Shown here: positions 7,593 to 14,964 of the stretch, piece by piece
Layout: every line of letters begins with the position of its first letter
Position numbering within the stretch: position 1 is the first letter of the stretch
Made by a program: the position numbers and the translations under genes
From: a virus
Lineage: Duplodnaviria; Caudoviricetes
Strand: one strand, 5' to 3'
Length of the DNA stretch: 25,465 bases
Virus record (IMG/VR): IMGVR_UViG_3300006868_000094
Span: 1-25,465 of that record
The notes under the pieces: generated by a model
Told to the model about the DNA's origin: nothing
What the model saw: the letters and a program-made list of their open reading frames with translations, nothing else
Database searches by the model: none

Positions 7593-7756
7593 TACAACAT
7601 CTCCTCTGCTGCTTCCCATTCTTTGCTAAACGCCAACAACCATTTACGCTGTTCAGCATTTACGCAATCTTCCCAAGCAAGTTCATCTGCACTCATAGCA
7701 GGAAGTCCTTGTTGTGCAATCCAAGTGTGGTATTTTTTAATAAGTTGTTCTAGCAT
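7592..7756 (-). CDS. Hypothetical protein (54 aa)
   Basis: Manual ORF MLEQLIKKYHTWIAQQGLPAMSADELAWEDC...WEAAEEML; GAGGG Shine-Dalgarno; has its own promoter. Confidence 0.75.
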   Translation of the reverse strand: MLEQLIKKYHTWIAQQGLPAMSADELAWEDCVNAEQRKWLLAFSKEWEAAEEML

Positions 7757-7775
7757 GTTGCCCTCTGTGTCTGTT

Positions 7776-7814
7776 ATTATACTACTAATATAACACTAAT
7801 CAACACGGTGTCAA
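7776..7814 (-). promoter_or_regulatory. Sigma70-type promoter
   Basis: TTGACA-16 nt-TATATT, with a further TATAAT at 7776-7781 and an AC-rich leader. Confidence 0.6.
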
Positions 7815-7817
7815 CCT

Positions 7818-8084
7818 TTATTTTGATAATGTACCTATTAATTCATATCTTTTGAAAGTTTTTATTTCTTTCTCTGCAGATTCGTAGATAGCATCAGCTT
7901 TACTAAGTAAACTAGGTTTGCCTGTTTTTCTATACTCTGACATCAACTTAAAATAGTCAAAAGAATACTGAGCGAATCGTTTCTTCAATCTAGTTGTTGT
8001 GCCGGGAGATGTTGATTTGTGATACTTGTGCCACTCTGCAATTAGAGTATGCCACTCTTCAAACTGTTGTACTTGCTGATCCAT
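7818..8084 (-). CDS. Hypothetical protein (88 aa)
   Basis: ORF track; consistent strand and spacing. Confidence 0.7.
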   Translation of the reverse strand: MDQQVQQFEEWHTLIAEWHKYHKSTSPGTTTRLKKRFAQYSFDYFKLMSEYRKTGKPSLLSKADAIYESAEKEIKTFKRYELIGTLSK

Positions 8085-8101
8085 ATTGCGCCCACTTTTT
8101 A

Positions 8102-8476
8102 TTAAAATTCTCCTCCGTCTTCACCTACAAATTGTTGTAGATTAGGTGCTCGCCAACCGACTGGCTTTAAAACCTTGCCATCTTCACGCTTACGAACCTT
8201 ACCTGTTGAAGGATCAATCTTTGCAAAATTAGATGACATTACTTCTTTCCAAGCTGCTTCACCGTTCCAGCCAGCAGCACGAATCGCACCCATAGTAACA
8301 ACTAAGATGTCTACTAGTGCATCTAATTGCTCTACACGATCGTTATTATTGACTGCTTCAACTAATTCGCCATATTCTTCGTCGATGAGACTTAGGTACA
8401 TTTTATAGTTTGATTCAGTTGCTGGTTGATCACATGCTGTTGCAAATCGATCTATATCTTTAAAAACGTTTGTCAT
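8102..8476 (-). CDS. All-alpha NTP pyrophosphohydrolase (MazG/PRA-PH/DR2231-like)
   Basis: LIDEEYGEL, DALVDILVV, EVMSSNFAK, REDGKVLKP-GW-AP. Confidence 0.88.
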   Translation of the reverse strand: MTNVFKDIDRFATACDQPATESNYKMYLSLIDEEYGELVEAVNNNDRVEQLDALVDILVVTMGAIRAAGWNGEAAWKEVMSSNFAKIDPSTGKVRKREDGKVLKPVGWRAPNLQQFVGEDGGEF

Positions 8477-8646
8477 CTTATTCCTTGTTTTCTTTTTTCT
8501 AATTCTTCTGATAGTGCAGCCATAGTTTCCATCATCTTCTTCTGCATTCTCAAATCGTCAGTGTGGTAAAGATTAGCGTCCATTCTAGCCAACCTTTTCT
8601 CAATTTCTTGTGTTGATATAAATTTAAAAACACTAGGATCTATCAT
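8473..8646 (-). CDS. Hypothetical coiled-coil protein (57 aa)
   Basis: Manual ORF MIDPSVFKFISTQEIEKRLARM...EKRKQGIR; ATGA overlaps at both ends. Confidence 0.75.
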   Translation of the reverse strand: MIDPSVFKFISTQEIEKRLARMDANLYHTDDLRMQKKMMETMAALSEELEKRKQGIR

Positions 8647-9011
8647 ATCGATACTGCATCTCCATCTGCATATTCTTTACCGATAGTATGATCTGTCGGC
8701 TTATCTTTACTCCAGCCTAGTATACTCTCAGCTTCAACCATACGCAACGTATCTTCACCGTTGCCGTCATCTATTTTTACACCTCTAGTCCAACGGCCGT
8801 GCTCTACTAGGATCCAATCACCTACATTGTAATCGTCTGTGTTTTCAGGTCCTTTAGAATGCACTCTACCCCAACGTGGATAGATACCTCTAGTTTCTCC
8901 GTCGTCTGATCTTAGTATTAATCCTCCAGATGTTTTTTGTTCTCCAAAATTCATTTCGCTTACAATTACTCTATCATGAATAGGATTAAGCTTACCGTTA
9001 TATGTTTTCAT
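8643..9011 (-). CDS. groES: Phage co-chaperonin GroES/Cpn10
   Basis: LNPIHDRVIV, mobile loop EQKTSGGLIL, GRVHSKGP, VGDWILV. Start moved to MKTYNGK (GAGGA Shine-Dalgarno). Confidence 0.85.
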   Translation of the reverse strand: MKTYNGKLNPIHDRVIVSEMNFGEQKTSGGLILRSDDGETRGIYPRWGRVHSKGPENTDDYNVGDWILVEHGRWTRGVKIDDGNGEDTLRMVEAESILGWSKDKPTDHTIGKEYADGDAVSI

Positions 9012-9013
9012 TG

Positions 9014-9379
9014 TTATCCTCTTTTTACAAAATTTCCGTCTTCGTCTTCGACCCATTCATCATCGAAGTCTAATTCGTTTTCCTTAACATCGTTTACAAC
9101 TGGTGCTTTTGTTTTTTTAGTTTTTGCTTTTGGTTCTGCTGGCGCTGGTGTTGGTGCTGGCGCTGGTGCTGGTGCTTGATCTGGAACAATAGCAGAAGAT
9201 CCATAATATTCTTTAGATGCTTCTTCTCTTGTTTTAATAATTTTATTGCCTGCACCTAATGTATCGCCACGTGCATTTACTCTAGCATTACCAACTGCTG
9301 GTGTTAATTCATTTTTCTTCTGTAGTAAACTCATGTCTACAGTTTTACCACGTAAGCTTGTATGTGTATTTTTAGCCAT
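9014..9379 (-). CDS. Hypothetical protein with a Pro-Ala linker and acidic C-terminal tail
   Basis: AVGNARVNARGD core, APAPAPAPTPAPAEP linker, tail DFDDEWVEDEDGNFV; AGGAG Shine-Dalgarno. Confidence 0.8.
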   Translation of the reverse strand: MAKNTHTSLRGKTVDMSLLQKKNELTPAVGNARVNARGDTLGAGNKIIKTREEASKEYYGSSAIVPDQAPAPAPAPTPAPAEPKAKTKKTKAPVVNDVKENELDFDDEWVEDEDGNFVKRG

Positions 9380-9400
9380 TATATTCTCCTGTTATATGCA

Positions 9401-9407
9401 TATTTAT
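9401..9407 (-). promoter_or_regulatory. Late-promoter-like motif ATAAATA
   Basis: Lies 21 nt upstream of the ATG at 9379, with no -35 element. Recurs upstream of other late genes; compare the T4 late promoter TATAAATA. Confidence 0.55.
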
Positions 9408-9961
9408 CGTAAGAATTCACGCCAATCCAGGCCATACTGGATTGAGTTTATTTTATGTACACCTATCAAATACAGCACATAACTTGCTACACTTGATCCT
9501 CTGCCTACACCCCATACAATATTGTTCTCACGCATAAAGTCTACAAGATAAACCATATAGCGTAGTAAGTCAATCATACCACGCTGTCTATATTCTTCAT
9601 ACTCTTCAGAAACTCTAGTCCATTCTTTTGTTGTTAAAATATTATTATCGTCTGGATCTTGTAGTTTTTCCATTAAAGTTGCTTGTAGCCAGTTTAATAC
9701 ATTTAACGTTTTGTATTCATCAGGCATAAACCATTCACTTTGACATACACCGTCAAAAGTCTTTTGATCTACATCTAGAGGAATATACTTTTGTAGTTTT
9801 TCAAAACCTTGTTCTTCCATAGCGGCATTAAACTTGTCTACATCGTCATCTGCATCGCACAATACCACGTGTACTTTATCCGCATGACCTGAATAGATCA
9901 TATCAATAAGATCGCGGTTAGAGAATCGTGGAATACCTAAGTCATCAGTTTTCATTAACAT
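9404..9961 (-). CDS. Stand-alone fragment of DNA polymerase III alpha (family C, DnaE), N-terminal palm region
   Basis: RVSEEYEEY...YMVYLVDFMRENNIVWGVGRGSSVASYVLYLIGVHKINSIQYGLDWREFLR is the DnaE GRGS region. It ends before the PDID catalytic motif. Confidence 0.85.
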   Translation of the reverse strand: MLMKTDDLGIPRFSNRDLIDMIYSGHADKVHVVLCDADDDVDKFNAAMEEQGFEKLQKYIPLDVDQKTFDGVCQSEWFMPDEYKTLNVLNWLQATLMEKLQDPDDNNILTTKEWTRVSEEYEEYRQRGMIDLLRYMVYLVDFMRENNIVWGVGRGSSVASYVLYLIGVHKINSIQYGLDWREFLR

Positions 9962-9967
9962 ACTCTT

Positions 9968-9996
9968 ATTTTAACTTACATTTATTAGATTGTCAA
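9968..9996 (-). promoter_or_regulatory. Sigma70-type promoter giving a probably leaderless mRNA
   Basis: TTGACA-17 nt-TAAAAT-6 nt-ATG (9961). Confidence 0.65.
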
Positions 9997-10204
9997 GTGG
10001 AGAATCGTCATCTCCTTGCATTTTTTTATATTGCTTCGCCTGTCTTGCTCTTGACTCATCTTTAAACATTTCTAGTATAACATTTATTTGCTGTTGAACC
10101 GCAGGATTGTGTGTCATAAAATATTTACGACTAAGTTCAATAATTTTATCTTCGATTTCAGAATCGGTAAGATCTGTTAAACTATCTACAAGTGGGTTAA
10201 ACAT
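9971..10204 (-). CDS. Hypothetical protein (77 aa)
   Basis: ORF track; TTAAATA motif 9 nt upstream (10214-10220). Confidence 0.8.
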   Translation of the reverse strand: MFNPLVDSLTDLTDSEIEDKIIELSRKYFMTHNPAVQQQINVILEMFKDESRARQAKQYKKMQGDDDSPLDNLINVS

Positions 10205-10216
10205 AGTATTACTTAT

Positions 10217-13200
10217 TTAAATGTTGAATTGATAGTTTGCAAATAGAATATATTTTTCTTTATCGTCTTCTATGCTGTTTTTAATAATATATCTATCTAA
10301 ATCAAAATTTATATTTTTAAAGTTAAAGTTTGATTCTGTAATATTTTTAATAATTGCATCCGAGTCGCCCGGGTTGCAATAACATAATACAACTGCATTT
10401 GTATGCTCAGTTTGCACAACGCCTTCTTGTGGTGTACGCATCCATAACGGTAAGTAATCTCTATCAGTATCGCCTATTGCTCTTATATTAGATCTCATAT
10501 GTTCTAAACTTACTCTATGTCTAACATTATCTGTAGACTGGCTTATTTTTATAGCATCACTATCAACTTTGATTGTGTTTGCGATAGGACGTAGTCTCTT
10601 AGGCTCAGAATCTAATAGTTCAAGTTTTATTGATATACCTGCTTCGCCACCGTCTCTAAGTTCAACTTCAAAGTCGTCTTTGTCTACGTTAAGTTTAACA
10701 TCACCGTCTCGTGTTTCGATTAAGATTGTACCTGTAGTTTTTTGGTATACAAATTTTACAGTATTTCTGCCTTCGATAGCAAGTACACTTTCACCAGATC
10801 CAATTTTTGAATTATCATCTAGAGCACTATACTGTACACTGTCAACTGTAATTTTATTCTTAGTTTCGATACTAAATGATTTTTTTGTCAAACCTGTCTT
10901 GCTCTCTGCTGTGTCAATAACAGGAATATAAACAACTTCGTATATCGGAGTATTCTGTCCAGGTTGTTTTGCTACTGCCTTTGTTGGTGCACCTAATATA
11001 TATTTTTTACGTTTATGATTCTTTGCTGCTGCACTTACAAATTCATCTATTAAACTTTTTTCAATACCTGCATATATAAGCATTTCCATTTCACGCTTTA
11101 TGCCAAACATAGGATCGCTTACTCTATATATTTTTGTTTGATCAAATATTTCTGGGTTTGTCATAAACTCTTTATATGACTTACGCATTGTAGTTTCTAA
11201 TAAAGGTTTTGCTACAATGTCAGTATATTCCATTTTTGTAGGTTCGACAACTTTTAGTGTAAATTCACGTGACGTTGCATTCAGTCCAAATCTATCTCTA
11301 GCTCTTACTGTAAACTTAAATGTTTCTTCGTATAAAAATTCACTAGAGTCATTTGCACTATCTTTCCAAGTCTGTGGACTACCTATTAGTAACCCTCGAT
11401 ATGATAATTCAATTCCTTGTGGCAGTGTACCTGCGGTCAAGTCGTAAAGCATTGGACTTTCAATATTAACTGTTTCTGCTTCGACAAACAAATATGTAGG
11501 TTTGTTAGTTTGTACAGTTCCTAAATCAGCCGGTGTATTCCAAACAATATTACTATCTATTTCACCTATTACTGCAAGTTCAAATGTTTTACTTTTAGTT
11601 GGTTGTGTGGTTTCGTCAACACTACTAACTATAAGATTCTTTTTAAAGAAGTCATCTTTTAATAAAGCTAAACCTATATTTCTATTTTTATCAAGTTGTG
11701 CAACAATGTTGCCACTAAATGTTATCTTATCAAAGTTACGTGCAACTATAGTAATTTCAGCTGGACTAGAATCATATGTAAGAAATGCGTCTATCTTTTC
11801 TTTAAACTGAACTAAGAATCTTGTAAAAGATGTATCTGGTAGTGTAACTTGCCATCTATGTCCTTCGACAACATTTACTTCGTAGTCAACTAACGATCCG
11901 CCATATGTAGTTTGTAAATATGCTTTCAAATCATTTACGGTTGTGTTATCGAGTGCATGTGAATTAATTTCGTAAGTTAAGAATTTGCTTATACTTTGTA
12001 CTACATAATTATTTCCGTCAACCTTAAGTGTTCGATTTGCATATTCGTCTTTTTGCGATTGTGAAATAGAATTTACATAGACAAAGTTTTGTCCAGGTTG
12101 AGCAGTTTTAAAAATTACTAAACTATTTTTAGGCGATAATGATTCAAGTAGTGTTATAATATCATAATCATTATTAGTATCATCATAGCCTGTTACAGTT
12201 ACTAGTGCATTATTAATAAACAATTGCTTATTAACTAATGCTTCTAAATCATTTATACCATCAGATGCAGTTAAGTCAGTTTTATAAATTTTAAATTCTT
12301 TAGCGCCCATTACTACATCTTCGTAGTAAGTTCCAAATACAGTTACAGTTTCGTAGTCAACTTGTATACGTGTTGCTTTGATTGTAAATTTATAATTTTT
12401 AGTTACAGCAGGCTGATATGGAATGTATCCTGAAAGCTCACCGGTATTACTTTGTAAACTTAATCCTTCAGGTAATTCACTAATACTGCCGTCGTCGTTA
12501 AAATCTTCTAGTTCAAATACTTCTGTACCCACAAGCGTTGGATCGTCAATAATATCTAAAAATATAGTTGTGTAATTGTTTGCTCGCTTTATGCCTAAAT
12601 TTCTCGGTGTAATCCAAACTGGAGATCTTACATTTGTAGTATCGGCTCTAAATACCCCTGTACCAGCTTGCATCACAGTGTTATCTGCTGTTAGAAAATC
12701 ATCACCGACTACGTAGATTTGAAACTCTCTGCGTACTTCTGATATACCATCTGTTACAGTAACAGCAAATGGATAATATCTATTTAATTTTTTATACGTT
12801 TGTAGTTCTTCAAAATAACCAAACGGTTGTGAATCATAAAAAAATGAACTATATCCGCTTTGGTTACGCTGTCCGTAATCTAATGGTATATCACCAAATG
12901 GCTGTGCATCGTATCCGCTATCTCTATATCTTTTATCTAAACTTAGTAACGGTTCAGTTGTACCTGTAATTTTACCATCACGAGAAAGTGTAAGCCCTGG
13001 AGGTAATACCCCGTCGTCATTTGCAATATAAAAATCTAACACTTGTCCTGCTAATATATCGTCGTCAGTTGCAAGTAATTGAAAATCAATAAATTCGTTG
13101 TCAAGTATAAACAACGTGTCATTTGGGCCTACAGGTAATAGTCCTTCTTGACTAACCCATGCTGGATTATCTGGTCCTATGACAATAATCTTAAAATGTT

Positions 13201-13453
13201 GATCTTCAAAATAACCTTGATAAAACGCACGAACAACAAATTCATATTCTGTATCAAGTGTAACTTCCTCTACGGTACCTCTAATAGAGTTGTTATTTAA
13301 AATTGTACCTTTTGGTAAATTTCCACTTAATATTTCTAACTCTATACCGCTTAATCCGTTAGCAATAGGTAAAGAGAGATTTATGTAAGTGCCTTCATTA
13401 ATTGTTTTTAACGTAGAACCTGAAGTTGTGCTCCATAACGAGGTTTGTGTCAT
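10217..13453 (-). CDS. Virion structural protein with repeated Ig-like (He_PIG-type) domains, probable baseplate wedge component
   Basis: Four LP-G--L...G-I/L-G-[PT]...Y/F-F-[VI]-A repeats (LPKGTIL, LPPGLTL, LPEGLSL, LPQGIEL). Located in the structural operon. Confidence 0.7.
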   Translation of the reverse strand: MTQTSLWSTTSGSTLKTINEGTYINLSLPIANGLSGIELEILSGNLPKGTILNNNSIRGTVEEVTLDTEYEFVVRAFYQGYFEDQHFKIIVIGPDNPAWVSQEGLLPVGPNDTLFILDNEFIDFQLLATDDDILAGQVLDFYIANDDGVLPPGLTLSRDGKITGTTEPLLSLDKRYRDSGYDAQPFGDIPLDYGQRNQSGYSSFFYDSQPFGYFEELQTYKKLNRYYPFAVTVTDGISEVRREFQIYVVGDDFLTADNTVMQAGTGVFRADTTNVRSPVWITPRNLGIKRANNYTTIFLDIIDDPTLVGTEVFELEDFNDDGSISELPEGLSLQSNTGELSGYIPYQPAVTKNYKFTIKATRIQVDYETVTVFGTYYEDVVMGAKEFKIYKTDLTASDGINDLEALVNKQLFINNALVTVTGYDDTNNDYDIITLLESLSPKNSLVIFKTAQPGQNFVYVNSISQSQKDEYANRTLKVDGNNYVVQSISKFLTYEINSHALDNTTVNDLKAYLQTTYGGSLVDYEVNVVEGHRWQVTLPDTSFTRFLVQFKEKIDAFLTYDSSPAEITIVARNFDKITFSGNIVAQLDKNRNIGLALLKDDFFKKNLIVSSVDETTQPTKSKTFELAVIGEIDSNIVWNTPADLGTVQTNKPTYLFVEAETVNIESPMLYDLTAGTLPQGIELSYRGLLIGSPQTWKDSANDSSEFLYEETFKFTVRARDRFGLNATSREFTLKVVEPTKMEYTDIVAKPLLETTMRKSYKEFMTNPEIFDQTKIYRVSDPMFGIKREMEMLIYAGIEKSLIDEFVSAAAKNHKRKKYILGAPTKAVAKQPGQNTPIYEVVYIPVIDTAESKTGLTKKSFSIETKNKITVDSVQYSALDDNSKIGSGESVLAIEGRNTVKFVYQKTTGTILIETRDGDVKLNVDKDDFEVELRDGGEAGISIKLELLDSEPKRLRPIANTIKVDSDAIKISQSTDNVRHRVSLEHMRSNIRAIGDTDRDYLPLWMRTPQEGVVQTEHTNAVVLCYCNPGDSDAIIKNITESNFNFKNINFDLDRYIIKNSIEDDKEKYILFANYQFNI

Positions 13454-13465
13454 TTATTGTCTCCC

Positions 13466-14353
13466 TTACACAATAAGATCACCTAAGTCAATCGTCCTTG
13501 TTTCAGGATCTCCAAATGTTCCCATGTCTACATCAGGATCGCCATAAAGCCACTCTTGTACACTAGCTATAGTATCTCCTAAAAATCCAAAATTCCATTC
13601 ATTTTCTACAACAGCAGGAATATCACTTCTTAATGCTAATTCGCCATTTGCGTTAGGAAGTGTTATAGTTCTATCTGCTGAATAATTGCCCTGCGCTAGT
13701 GTAACTTTAAATCCGTTTGCATTTTGTGAATCAAATTCTAATGCTGCTGTATTTACAACTTGATTAGCAATCGGTCCTGTAATTTTACCAGTTGCAGCAT
13801 TTACTAATACTGCTTCGTTAGCATCTGTAACATTGCCTACATGAGTTCCTATAAATTTAGTAGCTGAAATACTAGGTGAGTTTGTAATTGTATTACCGCC
13901 TGCATCTAAATTTCCTCCAAGAACCGGTGTTGTATCTTCACTTAGTTCGTTAAATGTTGATGTTATAGTTAAAGTTGATCCAACAAGTCTTGTAGAAATG
14001 CTTCCGCTACCATACAGATTAATGTTGTCAGTGGTTTCTAATATTTTACTACCACTATCTGAAACAACAACTATACGCTTTAATCCAGTATCTACGTCAA
14101 TAGTTATTTTATCTTCAGATGATGTTAAAGTAGTATCAAACCCGCCTACGAGTTTTTTAAATTGTAATTCAAAATTATTTTTCTTTGCAAATATTCCTTC
14201 GCCGATAGTTCCGATATTAGTTGCTGTGGTAGACTCGTCGTCTCTTAGATCCAGATCTATAAAATTAAGGTTTACTTTACGAAAGGCTTCTCTAAGGTCA
14301 TCGCCTGTTCCATCATTTGCAAAAGTTCCTATGTTAATCTGTTCTAAACTCAT
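13466..14353 (-). CDS. Baseplate/short-fibre protein with a T4 gp9/gp10-like N-terminus
   Basis: INIGTFANDGTGDDLREAFRKVNLNF motif; DTTPVLGGNLDAGG; ADRTITLPNANG. Confidence 0.75.
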   Translation of the reverse strand: MSLEQINIGTFANDGTGDDLREAFRKVNLNFIDLDLRDDESTTATNIGTIGEGIFAKKNNFELQFKKLVGGFDTTLTSSEDKITIDVDTGLKRIVVVSDSGSKILETTDNINLYGSGSISTRLVGSTLTITSTFNELSEDTTPVLGGNLDAGGNTITNSPSISATKFIGTHVGNVTDANEAVLVNAATGKITGPIANQVVNTAALEFDSQNANGFKVTLAQGNYSADRTITLPNANGELALRSDIPAVVENEWNFGFLGDTIASVQEWLYGDPDVDMGTFGDPETRTIDLGDLIV

Positions 14354-14362
14354 TGTTAATCC

Positions 14363-14920
14363 TTAAAATAAAATTGAAAATACAAGTGATCTAGCTTCAC
14401 TTACCATTTTTCTTCTTTTACCCTCTTCTATTATATAAAACACACCAGTATCAGAATCAAATGATATACCACCTATACCTTCTAATGCAGTGTTTTTAAT
14501 TCTACCTACTAAATCTGTATACGTTTCTACTATATGTGCTTGAGCAAATCTTCTGCTAGGTTGACCGACAAAAACTGTATCATCAGATGTTGGAAATAAA
14601 TCATCTGTAAATTCACCATTAAACAAGCCTGCCTCGCTTAGTGTAACATATTCGATATCTCTACCATTTGACGCTACTCTTAAAAATTTATTTTGTTTTC
14701 CGCCGTATAAATCAACAGCATTATTTGCTCTTAAATAATTTTCCGGAGTAACTGTTGTGCCATCTACTTCTAATGTAGCAGCACTTACTGTACCTAATGA
14801 TGCCACGCCAGCAACATTTGTAATAGAAACATCTCTAAGATTTAAATTATCACCCTCGGGTATTTCTTTAATCTTATTATTATCAGTTACATCTAATATA
14901 AGTGGAAATCTATCTGCCAT
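14363..14920 (-). CDS. Putative virion structural protein (185 aa)
   Basis: Sits between fibre/baseplate genes, with an ATAAATA motif and AGGAAG upstream. Fibre-like motifs (NKFLRVASNG, FPTSDDTVFVG). Confidence 0.65.
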   Translation of the reverse strand: MADRFPLILDVTDNNKIKEIPEGDNLNLRDVSITNVAGVASLGTVSAATLEVDGTTVTPENYLRANNAVDLYGGKQNKFLRVASNGRDIEYVTLSEAGLFNGEFTDDLFPTSDDTVFVGQPSRRFAQAHIVETYTDLVGRIKNTALEGIGGISFDSDTGVFYIIEEGKRRKMVSEARSLVFSILF

Positions 14921-14940
14921 GTCTTCTTCCTATTGTAATG

Positions 14941-14947
14941 TATTTAT
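14941..14947 (-). promoter_or_regulatory. Late-promoter-like motif ATAAATA
   Basis: Intergenic, 20 nt upstream of the ATG at 14920. Confidence 0.6.
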
Positions 14948-14964
14948 GCAAAATTGCAGTCAGC

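Noticed and set aside
9138-9178. Shared CCAGCA repeats with 24449-24469 as a mobile or recombination repeat
   Set aside because: Explained by independent Pro-Ala low-complexity linkers.
9380-9410. Frameshift or stop read-through that would extend the DnaE fragment
   Set aside because: The downstream sequence has no PDID-like motif; it is a promoter and RBS for an unrelated gene. No intein signature.
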